Origin: an uncultured delta proteobacterium
GTDB taxonomy: Bacteria > Myxococcota > Kuafuiibacteriia > Kuafuiibacteriales > Kuafuiibacteriaceae
Length of the DNA: 64,000 nucleotides
Direction of reading: 5' to 3'
NCBI GenBank assembly: GCA_963803435.1
Contig: CAWDML010000001.1
Location: 224,001-288,000, forward strand
Of this stretch, positions 1 to 9,209 are shown piece after piece. The notes beneath the pieces were generated by a model. That model was not told the origin of the DNA and made no database searches. It saw only the letters and a list, made by a program, of their open reading frames with translations. Each line of letters starts with the position of its first letter. Positions within the stretch are counted from its first letter, which is position 1. The translations under genes and the position numbers were made by a program.

Positions 1-1750
1 CGCGGCGCTCGCCGCCGCCTTGTCCTCCAGCGCCATGATCAACGCACCCGGGCCGTAGCCGACCATCGGGATGGCGCCTTCGTAGATCCGGTTTCCGGCG
101 CCGAGGAGCTCCGGAATCACGCCGTGGTTCGCCTCCAGATGGCGCTCGACCCAGGCGAGGAGCGCGTTCCCCTGCTCGAACAGCGTCGCGCTCATCCCGC
201 GCGAGACGGCCTCGGGCGAGCGCGACATTCGAAACAGCGCGCTTGCCACCCGCAGATCGAGCACGACCCACTCCTGCGCCTCGTACCAACCCAGATCGGT
301 CGTGCGCTTGAACCCCGGGCTGTCGGCCACGCCGAGCCGCTCGCGAAACGCAGCGATCGTTGCCAGCGCCGCATCGAAACCCTCCGGCCGATCCACGTCG
401 ATGACGCCCCAGTTGAAGACCTCGATCCCGGAGACGTCGAGCGTCCGCTCCGGCTCCAGCTCGCCGGCGAACCCGACCACCACGCCACCATCGGTGACCA
501 GATGCCGCCGGATGGCCGCGCCCAGCGCCTCCGCCTCCTCCCGATAGTGCGCCGCCGCATCGCGCTTCCCCAGCCGTTCCGCGAGCGCAGCCAGCGAGGC
601 CAGCCCGCGCGCGCAGGCGGCGGACGTGTACGTGAAGCGCCGGCCCGGCAGGTGCCGCTCCCAGATGCTGGAGTCGCGGCGGATGAGACCGGTCTCGTCC
701 CGAAGGTCGGCGATCACGTCTCCGATGCGCGCGGTGATCACGTCCCAGTGCTTCGCGACCGTGTCCACATCGCCGCTCTCGGCCACGTAGCGCTCGAGCG
801 CCCACAGGGTGAGCCCGAAGCCGTCGAACTCGATGTTGGGCCCGCCCTCGGAGTCGTCGGCCTCCTCGCGGCCGTCGCCGAAGTAGCGCACCACCGAGAA
901 TCTGGTACGGCTGCCCGACTCCGGCGTCGTGCCCCTCGTAGTCGAACGCCGCGTACGCGGTCTGGTGGTCGCGACCGAGCAGGAACTCGAATCCTCGGCG
1001 CGCCTCCTCGTACATGCCGGCCCGCGACATCGCCACCAGCGCGTACGACATGTCCCGCACCCAGGTGATGTTCCAGTGCCCGGGCGGGACGCTCGCGACG
1101 ATCGCGCCGTCCGCCGCCTGCCCCATCCGCAGGAACGTGCGGCACGACTGATAGCGCGCCTTCTCCGCCTTCGAGAGCGGCAGGCCGTCGAGCCGCGCGC
1201 GGGTCTGTTCCAGCCATTCGTCCCCGCGGGCGAGCTCCGCTTGGAGCGCCTGAGACGCACCGCCGGAGGGAGCGAGCGCGAGCGAGCCACCCGCGCGCGA
1301 CGGATCGATCTCGAGCTCGAACCACACCTCACCGCCGGGCGCAAGCCACGCCTCAGGGCCGCGCTCACCGCATGACCCGGGATCCACGGTCGCGGTCAGG
1401 CCGATCGCTCGGTCCTCGTCGCCGAGGTTCTTCGCGCGCACGATCGCGCGCGGCGATCCGCCCACCGGCGTGAGGATGGTCCTCGTCCACTCGACATCAC
1501 CGGCGCGCGTTCGCATCCGTGCACCCGGCGTCCCGATCAAATATTCAGCGTCGAGAAACGTCTCCCGTCCCGGTGCGACCGTGGCCCCGTCGATCGAGGG
1601 CACCAGGTACAGCGCATCGAGCTGCACCGGCGCTGACCCGGTCCCCGGGTTCGAGAAGATGGTCTCGCGGATGGATCGGATCGAGCCGTCCTCGAGCGCC
1701 AGCACCGCCGTGCTCACACCGTTCGCCAGCGGTAGGAACGGAAACGTCAT
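1..1750 (-). CDS. GH15-like (six-hairpin/glucoamylase-type) glycoside hydrolase; 3' end runs off the window; one frameshift near 900
   Basis: Manual translation from ATG 1750 (MTFPFLPL...) gives GAIVASVPPGHWNITWVRDMSY, then after removing one base at GAATC 898-902 NIEFDGFG and DSSIWE, and near the end GVIPELL. These are GH15-type motifs. Absent from the ORF track because there is no stop inside the window. Confidence 0.7.
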   Translation of the reverse strand, partial: MTFPFLPLANGVSTAVLALEDGSIRSIRETIFSNPGTGSAPVQLDALYLVPSIDGATVAPGRETFLDAEYLIGTPGARMRTRAGDVEWTRTILTPVGGSPRAIVRAKNLGDEDRAIGLTATVDPGSCGERGPEAWLAPGGEVWFELEIDPSRAGGSLALAPSGGASQALQAELARGDEWLEQTRARLDGLPLSKAEKARYQSCRTFLRMGQAADGAIVASVPPGHWNITWVRDMSYALVAMSRAGMYEEARRGFEFLLGRDHQTAYAAFDYEGHDAGVGQPYQILGGALLRRRPRGGRRLRGRAQHRVRRLRAHPVGARALRGRERRCGHGREALGRDHRAHRRRDRRPSGRDRSHPPRLQHLGAAPAGPALHVHVRRLRARAGLAGCARGTAGEARCGGALSGGGGGAGRGHPAASGHRWWRGGRVRRRAGAGADARRLRDRGLQLGRHRRGSAGGFRCGAGNDRCVSRAARRGRQPGVQAHDRSGLVRGAGVGRARSAGGKRAVSNVALARGRLARDERDAVRAGERAPRLGRAPSGGEPRRDSGAPRRRKPDLRRRHPDGRLRPGCVDHGAGGQGGGERR

Positions 1751-1756
1751 CCGCGG

Positions 1757-2625
1757 TTAATCCGCCGGGAGCCGCGCCGCGCTCCGCAGCGTCAGGATGC
1801 GCTCCGCGGCCGCCCGCCGCGACGGATCCTCGAGCATCGCCGCGAGCGCCGGTCCGACCGCCGCCTCGGGCGCATCCTGGAGCGCGCTGCCGAGCTCCTG
1901 CTCGAAGCCGGCGCGACCCACGAGCTCCAGACACACCTCGATCGCACGGTGCTCGCCGCCCCCGGCGATCCGAGCCAGCGCCGCCATCGCGTGGTACGGC
2001 GCCCACTCGGCGCCGCCCTTCGGCTCGACGATCATCCCCACGAGCGCCTCGAGCCACCCCGGCTCGCCGCTCCGCGCGATCAGGCTCTGCATCGCCGCCC
2101 GCCGCACATAGAAGTCCCTGCTGGAGAGCGCCGCCAGGCAGGGCGCGGGCGACGTCGCCTGCGCGCCGATGGCCCGCGCTTTCACCACGGCCAGCTCGAA
2201 GCGCCCGTAGAGCGCATGATCTCCGGCAAGCGGAGCGCGCAGCGAGCCCCCGCGAGCGGAGTCGGGTGCGAGGGCTTGGCCCGAGCGGGACCCGAGGGCA
2301 AGCGGAGCGCGCAGCGAGCCCCCGCGAGCGGAGTCGGGTGCGAGGGCTTGGCCCGAGCGGGACCCGAGGGCAAGCGGAGCGCGCAGCGAGCCCCCGCGAG
2401 CGGAGTCGGGTGCGAGGGCTTGGCCCGAGCGGGACCCGAGGGCAAGCGGAGCGCGCAGCGAGCCCCGCGAGCGGAGTCGGGTGCGAGGGCTTGGCCCGAG
2501 CGGGACCCGAGGGCAAGCGGAGGGCCGTCGAGCTCAGGCATCGAAAGTGAGCCCGACTCGGGCGGGGTCTCCTCGGTGGCCGAGACGTCGGAGACCGTGA
2601 TCGCGCCGGACTTCTCGACCTTCAT
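1757..2625 (-). CDS. Hypothetical helical (HEAT-like) protein carrying four in-frame 24-aa repeat units; 1-bp homopolymer frameshift near 2465
   Basis: ATG 2625 overlaps the GH3 stop (ATGA). Restoring the C missing from the 71-bp repeat unit fuses ORF 2182..2625 to ORF 1757..2188 (...LAGDHALYGRFELAVVKARA...). Confidence 0.6.
2225..2522. repeat. Tandem array of 4 x 72-bp units (last one 71 bp) plus an 11-bp partial unit
   Basis: Unit GGCAAGCGGAGCGCGCAGCGAGCCCCCGCGAGCGGAGTCGGGTGCGAGGGCTTGGCCCGAGCGGGACCCGAG starts at 2225, 2297, 2369 and 2441; GGCAAGCGGAG recurs at 2512. No unique spacers. Confidence 0.95.
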
Positions 2626-5032
2626 CCGCGCGACATCTCCCAGAAGCGCCCGTGCGAGGCCGTCTCCTCCATCACCTCGAAGGTCGCGGTCTTCGAGTCC
2701 ACGTCACGCGAGCTGCTGCCGGCCCAGAGCTGGAACTCGCCCGGCTCGAGCACCCGCTTGTTCTTGCGCTCGCTGAAGAACTCGAGGTCGCGCGCCGAGA
2801 GCGTGATCGTGACGGTGCGCGTCTCATGGGGCTGCAAGGTCACGCGCTCGAAGGCGACCAGACGCTTCAGCGGTTGGACCTCGCTGGCGACCAAATCGCG
2901 CAGGTAGAGCTGGACCACCTCGTCGCCCTCCCGATCTCCCGTGTTGGTGACCGTGACGCGGACGTCGATCCCATCGTCGCGCAGCGCGCGCCGGCTGATC
3001 CGCCCGGCGACCTCGGGCGCGCCCACCTCGAAGGTGGTGTAGCTCTTCCCGAAGCCGAAGCTGAACAGCGGCTCGTGCGTCACGTGCCGAGGATGCGCCG
3101 GAATCAGCTTGCCGTCTTCATCGAAGAAGGCCGGGTTGGACGTGTACTTGCCGTCCGCGCCCGGACGGTCCGCAGGACGACCGGAGGCGTAGCGATTGTG
3201 CTGCGCGCCCCCGATGAAGCCTGCGTGCGGGAGGATCTCGACCGGCAGCTTGCCGCCCGGATTGACCGCCCTGCCCTCCGCGTCGCGACCGAACAGCACG
3301 TTCGCGGTCGCCTCGCCGCCCATCGTCCCCGGCTGCCACGCCTCCAGGATCGCGGGCGCGTGGTCCGCGAGCCAGCCGAGGTTGGTCAGCGGCCGGCCGT
3401 TGGTCAGCACCACCACGATCGGTTTGCCGGTGCGCTCGTGCACCGCCTTCAGGAGCTCGAGCTGGGCCTCGGGGAGGCCCGGCTCCAGGCGCGTCGTCGC
3501 CTCACCGCTCATGTGCTGGGTCTCGCCGACGACCGCCACCACCAAGTCGGCGTCCTTCGCCGCCTCAATCGCCTCCTCGAGCATCGCCGCTCCGCCCGGC
3601 GCGTTGGCGCGGCAGCCCCGGGCGTGGGTGACGACGCGATCGCCCGCCCTCGCCCGGATGCCGTCCAGGATCGTGACCGCCTCCTCCTCGCGCCCCATCG
3701 CGCGCCACTGGCCGAGGATGTCGCCCGTGTCGGCCAGCGGCCCGATGACCGCGAGGCGCTCCACGCTGTCCGAGGAATCGGGAGCAGCGGCGCTCCCCCC
3801 GGGACCGCCGGCTCATTCTTCAAGAGCACCATCGAGCGCTCCGCGGCCACGCGCATCGTGCTCCGGTGCTCCGGCGACAGGACCACCCTCGCTTCGAGCT
3901 CGGGATCCACGTCCGCCCGCTCGAAGAGACCGAGCCGGTGCTTGAGCCGGAGGATGCGGCGGTTCGCGTCGTCGACCACGCGCTCGGGTACGAGGCCCTC
4001 GCGCACCAGATCCGCGAGGTGCTCGGCGTAGATGCCGCTCTCCATGTCGATGTCGACACCCGCCAGCGCCGCCAGCTCGGCCGCGTGCTTTCGATCGCGC
4101 GCCACGCCGTGATGGATCAGCTCCATGATCGCCGTGTAGTCCGAGACGGTGATGATGTCCTCCCCGAACCACTCGCGGCGGAGCTTGGTGTTGAGCAGGT
4201 CGCCGTCGGCCGTGCAGGGGACGCCGTTGAGCGAGTTGAACGCCGGCATCACCGCGTCGACGCCCTCGATCACCGCCCGCTCGAACGGCGGCAGGATCTC
4301 GTTCTCCAGCCGTGCCTTCGAGACGTGCACCGCGCCGTAGTCGATGCCGCCGTCCGAGTAGCCGTAGCCTGCGAAGTGCTTCGCGGTGGTGGCGAGACCA
4401 CCCTCGTGGAAGCCGCTGATGTTGGCCGCGCCCATGACACCCGCCAGATGGGGCGACGAGCCCCAGCCCTCAACGATGCGGCCCCACCGCGGATCGGACG
4501 TGACGTCGAGCATCGGCGCGAACGTGAGCGCCACGCCCCGCGCCCGCGCCTCGACCGCCGCGACGCGCGCGACCTGACGCGCCACCTGCGGATCGAAGCT
4601 GCCGGCCATCGCCAGCGGCACCGGTCCGATCGTGCGGTCTCCGTAGATGACGTCGTGCGCGATCAAGAGCGGGATGCCCAGCGGCGACGACTCCGTCGCG
4701 ATCTTCTGCAGGCGTTCGACGTCGCTGGAGTTGCCCACGTTGAGGAGCGAGCCGATACCGCGCCGCACCAGCTCGGCGGTGCCCGCGTCGTCACCGCGCG
4801 TCGGTCCGGTGATCGCACCGCCCCAGGCCGGCTGGACCATCTGCATCACCTTGTCCTCGAGGGACATCCTGGAGAGCAGCGCCTCGACCTTCGCCCCGAT
4901 CGGATCCAGGCCTGCCGCCCCCGTGATCTTGCCGGGCGGCGGCGCCGACACGCGCGGCCGTCGCACGGTCGCGGGCCGAACCTCCTCGACTGGGGGTGCG
5001 CCCGTGCGCCGACCCGAGAGGCGGGAGAGCAT
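2622..5032 (-). CDS. GH3 beta-glucosidase (BglX-like); frameshift near 3775
   Basis: N-terminal ORF 3509..5032 has APMLDV..DPRWGR..EG, KHFAGYG, VSDY and SMVLLKN. C-terminal ORF 2622..3764 has AVIGP, EAWQPG, PGGKLP, PLFSFGFG.SYT and a fibronectin-like VTNTG.REG.EVVQLY. Confidence 0.92.
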
Positions 5033-5038
5033 GATCCT

Positions 5039-5065
5039 TTATCGTGGGTTGTGGACGCAGAGTTA
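5039..5065 (-). promoter_or_regulatory. Putative sigma28/FliA-like promoter of the GH3 gene
   Basis: Minus strand reads TAAC-N15-CACGATAA (consensus TAAA-N15-GCCGATAA) and ends 6 nt before ATG 5032. Confidence 0.45.
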
Positions 5066-5116
5066 CCTACCTTTCGAGATCTTTGAGTCGCGGTGCCCAT
5101 TTCGCCGGGGAGCCCG

Positions 5117-5143
5117 CAACAACCGCTCGGGATCGGTCGAAGA
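5117..5143 (+). promoter_or_regulatory. Putative sigma28/FliA-like promoter of the GH162-like gene
   Basis: CAAC-N15-GTCGAAGA, ending 7 nt before GTG 5151; mirrors the spacing of the minus-strand site. Confidence 0.35.
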
Positions 5144-5150
5144 CTCTCCC

Positions 5151-6890
5151 GTGGAGCGGGTCGGCACGCTGGGGCGCGCACGCGAAGCGTCCGGCGAGCG
5201 CCTGCGGGCGGAGTCGGGCGCGAGGGCTTCGCCTGAGCAGGCCCCGGGCACCCGCGAAGCGCGCAGCGAGCGCCTGCGAGCGGAGTCGGGTGCGAGGGCG
5301 TCGCTCGGGCCGGTGATCCTTCTGAGCCCCTCTCCGGCGGCGCCCCCGAAGCGCCGGCGCGCCGATCTCGCGGTCAAGCCGATCGCGATCGCCCGCGGCT
5401 TCAAGCTCACCCCGGCCACCCCGCACGTCCTCTCTCCGGCCGCCGCGCAGCGCTTCCTCGACGAGGTCGTGCTCCCCCGCGAGAACGCGTTCTACCGCGC
5501 AGGCGTCGGGTACGACGGCGAAACCGGAATGACGTTCGACGGACACCCGATCGACTATCACACCGGCCAGCTCATCGGTGAGCCGCGGACCCTCAGCGCC
5601 GCCTCGAAGGAGTCGCTCCACATCGGGCTCCTGGTCCGCGCCGTCGCCGGGGATCGAACCGCACAGACGATGCTCGCGCACGACGTCGCCCATCGCGAGA
5701 GCGCCCGCGCCCACGCGCTCGAGGTCCTCACCAAGAAGATCGCGACCTACGAGCGCTTCGATCGCGAGTACCCGGGCTACGGCGGCTTCCTCCCCTGGTA
5801 CCGCGTGAAGGGCGATCGGATCGAGCCGACGGACGACTGGAGAGACCGTGTGCCCGGCCTCGACAACGGCCAGCTAGCCTGGTCGCTCTATCTCGCGGCC
5901 AACGTCCTCGACGAACAAGGCGAGCACGCACTCGCGCGCCGCTATCGCGACAAGCTCGAACAGCAGGCCGAGAACGTGGTGCGCATCTTCTACGATCCCG
6001 AGCAGCGGAAGATGCGCTCCGAGGCCCGCCTGGCGCGCGGGGCCGAGGCGCCGCCCGGCGCGAACGTCTACGAGAACAACCAGCCCGACTATCCGCTCGA
6101 CGACGCCTGCGAGGGCGTGCTGCTCCTCCACTTCGCCGACCACTTCGGTCGGTGGGAGGCGAGCGGCCATCCCGAGGGGCGCGACGCGATCTGGGAGGAC
6201 GCACGCCGCATCCCCGCCACCTTCGTCGCCAAGGGCGGCGGCGCCATCCCGGCCGGCGAGCGCGTGACGCTGATGCGTGGCCACACGCTGTCGAGCCACG
6301 AGGACTGGGCCTTCCTGGTGCTGCCGTTCCTCGACGTCCCCATCGCGAAGGCGATGTTCGCCAACACCCAGGCGGTCCGCACCTGCTGGGCCGCAGAGCA
6401 GGGCCACCCGGGCCTGGCCGCCTGCGCGCATCAGCCGAAGTTCGGGAACGTCCCCCTCGATTACACGTCGATCGTCGGGGTCGACGACCCGACCATCACC
6501 AAGCTCGGTGTCCAGCCCCGCCGCATCTTCGTCCCGTACGCCGCCTTTCCGCTCGCGCTCGTGGACAAGCAGCAGTTCGCCACGTGGCTCTCCCTGATGC
6601 TCGATCCGCCGGGGATGCTCGGGCCCAACGGGATGGCCGAGTGCTTCGATCCGGCCGAGGGCGAGATCGCGCCGGTGCTCACGTGGGACGGCAAGGCGCT
6701 CCAGGCCGTTGCCTGGATGGGCGGGTTCACCGACGATATCCGGCGCTTCATGATCAGAGACGGCTTCCTCCCCGGCTTCCTGCAGCGCGTCGCCCACGAC
6801 TACTCGCGCTTCGACGGCATCCCCATCGAGGGACGCGACGCCCCGCTCTCGGCGCCCAACGTCGCCTTCCCGAGGCCGCGCGATCGTTGA
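5151..6890 (+). CDS. Endo-beta-1,2-glucanase, GH162-like
   Basis: Motifs GMTFDG, SAASKESLH, YPGYGGFLPW, DW.DRVPGLDNGQL.W, LDDACEG, SSHE.W, PY..FP...DK and LTWDGK match, in order, the fungal GH162 enzyme TfSGL as I recall it. The ORF-track start 4647 overlaps the GH3 gene, so GTG 5151 is preferred. Confidence 0.8.
   Translation: MERVGTLGRAREASGERLRAESGARASPEQAPGTREARSERLRAESGARASLGPVILLSPSPAAPPKRRRADLAVKPIAIARGFKLTPATPHVLSPAAAQRFLDEVVLPRENAFYRAGVGYDGETGMTFDGHPIDYHTGQLIGEPRTLSAASKESLHIGLLVRAVAGDRTAQTMLAHDVAHRESARAHALEVLTKKIATYERFDREYPGYGGFLPWYRVKGDRIEPTDDWRDRVPGLDNGQLAWSLYLAANVLDEQGEHALARRYRDKLEQQAENVVRIFYDPEQRKMRSEARLARGAEAPPGANVYENNQPDYPLDDACEGVLLLHFADHFGRWEASGHPEGRDAIWEDARRIPATFVAKGGGAIPAGERVTLMRGHTLSSHEDWAFLVLPFLDVPIAKAMFANTQAVRTCWAAEQGHPGLAACAHQPKFGNVPLDYTSIVGVDDPTITKLGVQPRRIFVPYAAFPLALVDKQQFATWLSLMLDPPGMLGPNGMAECFDPAEGEIAPVLTWDGKALQAVAWMGGFTDDIRRFMIRDGFLPGFLQRVAHDYSRFDGIPIEGRDAPLSAPNVAFPRPRDR
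5181..5299. repeat. Two diverged copies (72-bp period) of the same repeat family as 2225..2522
   Basis: CGCGAAGCG at 5181 and 5253. The second copy matches the 2225 unit at 43/46 nt (GCG(G/A)AGCGCGCAGCGAGC..GCGAGCGGAGTCGGGTGCGAGGGC). Confidence 0.85.
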
Positions 6891-7360
6891 GCACGCCGCT
6901 GTCGAAGCGACCGCTCGACCTGGCGTTGGTCGTATGCTTCGCGAGCTTCGCTCTCACCTCGTTCGTCTTCGATCCGTTCACCGCGCTCGACGTGGATCTG
7001 GCGACCTCCACAGCGCCGCCGGCCGCGCTCATCTACTGGTTCGCGGTCCACGTGGATCCGCTCTTGATCCACCCGCCCCTCTTCGTCCGCATCATGGTGG
7101 GCTTCTCGGTGGTGGTGTTCGGGCCGACCTATCTGATCCTCGCCTATGGCCTCTGGCGAGAGCGGCCCTGGATCCGGCTCCCCGCGCTCGCCTACGCGGC
7201 CGTCAAGATCTATTCGCTCCTGGTCTACCTCGGGGTCGCGCTCTTCGGTGACACCCGGCCGCGGGATTACGGCTTGTTCACGGTCGTCTATCTGCCGTAT
7301 CTGGTGGCGCCGCTGGTGCTGGCGCTCCGCGTGCGCCGGCCGGTGAGAGGAGAGCGATGA
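6887..7360 (+). CDS. EXPERA / emopamil-binding-protein-like membrane protein
   Basis: TTG start overlaps the GH162 stop (TTGA). Four hydrophobic segments; PL.KRP.D, DPLL..PP.F, FGP.Y, WIR.PAL and LPYL..P pattern. Confidence 0.7.
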   Translation: MSTPLSKRPLDLALVVCFASFALTSFVFDPFTALDVDLATSTAPPAALIYWFAVHVDPLLIHPPLFVRIMVGFSVVVFGPTYLILAYGLWRERPWIRLPALAYAAVKIYSLLVYLGVALFGDTRPRDYGLFTVVYLPYLVAPLVLALRVRRPVRGER

Positions 7361-8325
7361 CCACGGTGATCACCGGCGCGACGGGGCAAGTCGGCCTGCA
7401 CTTGATCGATGCGCTCGCTGCGCGCGGCCGGCGCGTGCGCGCGATGGTGCTGCCCACGGACACCGGGCTGGCCGGCCGGGACGTCGAGATCGTCCACGGC
7501 GACGTGCGCGATCCGGCCTCGCTGGCCCGGGCGTTCGAGGGCGCCGACATCGTCTATCACCTGGCCGCGGTGGTCTCGACGAAGGACGACGCCGCACCGC
7601 TCATCGACAGCGTCAACGTCGAGGGCGCCAGGAACGCCGCCCAGGCCGCCCGTGAGGCGGGCGTCCGCCGCTTCGTGCACTTCTCCTCGATCGTGGTCTT
7701 CGATCCCGATCCGATCGATCGGCCGCTCGACGAGCAGCGCCGCCGGCTCAGCGCGGGCTCCGCCTACACGCGCTCCAAGCTGCAGGGCGAGGCCGCCGTC
7801 CGCGCCGAGATCGCTCGCGGCCTCGATGCCGTCATCCTCCACCCCACCGTCATCGTGGGCCCGCACGAGACCCACCACGACGGCATCGTCCGCAACCTGA
7901 TCGCGCAGCACTTCGCCGGCAAGCTGCCCGCGATGGTCGACGGCGGCTTCAACCTGGTCGACGTCCTCGACGTCGTCGCCGGCGCGCTCGCCGCGGAGGA
8001 GCGCGGCCGCACCGGCGAGAGCTACATCCTGGGCGGTCGCTGGTACAGCGTCGGCGATCTGCTCCGGGTGGCCGAGTCTCTCAGCGGCCGGCGCCGCCCG
8101 CGGATCACCATCCCGATGTGGGTCGCCCGCGCCGCGCTGCCGCTGGTCGAGCGGGGCGCCGGCGCGATCGGCGCCAAGGCACCCTTCAACAAGGAGGAGC
8201 TGGTCCAGATCTCCGGCAACCGCCGCATCACCAGCGACAAGGCGGCGCGCGAGCTCGGCTATGCGCCGCGTCCGATCGACGACTCGCTCCGCCGGATCTA
8301 CTCCTGGCTGGCGGCGGCCGGATGA
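7357..8325 (+). CDS. NAD-dependent epimerase/dehydratase (extended SDR; HpnA/3-beta-HSD/DFR-like)
   Basis: TGATGQVG, GDVRD, YHLAA, NVEG, FSS and YTRSK motifs; ATGA coupling to the upstream gene. Confidence 0.9.
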   Translation: MTTVITGATGQVGLHLIDALAARGRRVRAMVLPTDTGLAGRDVEIVHGDVRDPASLARAFEGADIVYHLAAVVSTKDDAAPLIDSVNVEGARNAAQAAREAGVRRFVHFSSIVVFDPDPIDRPLDEQRRRLSAGSAYTRSKLQGEAAVRAEIARGLDAVILHPTVIVGPHETHHDGIVRNLIAQHFAGKLPAMVDGGFNLVDVLDVVAGALAAEERGRTGESYILGGRWYSVGDLLRVAESLSGRRRPRITIPMWVARAALPLVERGAGAIGAKAPFNKEELVQISGNRRITSDKAARELGYAPRPIDDSLRRIYSWLAAAG

Positions 8326-9146
8326 GCCTCCGGATCGGCGTCATCGGCCACGTCGAGCACGTCACGATCGGGCGGGTCGCCCGGATCCCGACGGCCGGCG
8401 AGATCGCCCACCTCGAGGCGCCCCAGGTGCTTCCCGGCGGCGGCGGCGGCATCGCCTTCTTTCAGCTGGCGAAGAGCCCCGCGGAGGTCCACCTCTTCAC
8501 TTCCCTCGGCAACGACGATGCAGCCGCGCTGGTCGAGAGGCGCCTCCGCGACACCGGCGCGCACATACACGCGGTCAAGAGAGACCAACCCCACACGCGC
8601 GACGTGGTCATGATCGGGCCCGGCGGCGATCGCACGATCGTGGTGGTCGGCGAGCCGCTCCACCCGCTGGCGTCCGATCCGCTCCCCTATGACCTCCTCG
8701 CCGAGCTCGACGCCGTCTACTTCACCGCCCAGGATCCCGACCTCCTGATCCGCGCCCGCGCCGCGCGCCTGCTGGTGGCGACGGCCCGGCGCCGCCCGTC
8801 GATCATCCTTTCCCGCGTCCCGCTCGACACGATCATCGGCAGCCGATCGGATCCGCGCGAGGTGAGCACACGCGCCGACTACCCGATCCCACCGCGCACC
8901 CTGGTCATGACAGAGGGTGAGCGCGGCGGCAGCATCGAGACCGACGGCGGGCTCGCCCGCTTCGAGACCCCCGGCGTTACCGCGATCGCCGGGGGCGCGT
9001 ACGGGGCGGGCGACAGCTTTGCCGGCGCGTTCACCTACCTCCAGGCGAGCGGCCTCGGCGCTCTCGAGGCGGCGGCCGGCGCCGCGCCCTACGGCGCCGC
9101 CGTGCTCGCCGCCCTCGATCCGCTCTCGGCTCAGCGCGACCTGTAG
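8322..9146 (+). CDS. PfkB/ribokinase-family sugar kinase
   Basis: ATG 8322 overlaps the SDR stop; PGGGG, LGND, DRTIVV, T.GERG and GAGDSFAGA motifs. Confidence 0.88.
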   Translation: MSLRIGVIGHVEHVTIGRVARIPTAGEIAHLEAPQVLPGGGGGIAFFQLAKSPAEVHLFTSLGNDDAAALVERRLRDTGAHIHAVKRDQPHTRDVVMIGPGGDRTIVVVGEPLHPLASDPLPYDLLAELDAVYFTAQDPDLLIRARAARLLVATARRRPSIILSRVPLDTIIGSRSDPREVSTRADYPIPPRTLVMTEGERGGSIETDGGLARFETPGVTAIAGGAYGAGDSFAGAFTYLQASGLGALEAAAGAAPYGAAVLAALDPLSAQRDL

Positions 9147-9209
9147 CCGCTGCGATTACATCGGCGGTCGTCCCTTCTGGGTGCGGGTGCGTCCGCCTAT
9201 GATTCTTGG

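Noticed and set aside
2225-2522. CRISPR array
   Set aside because: The units are identical end to end with no unique spacers, the array lies inside a reading frame, and there are no cas genes.
4647-5150. Long N-terminal extension of the GH162 ORF
   Set aside because: It overlaps the GH3 gene on the opposite strand; a promoter-like motif supports GTG 5151.
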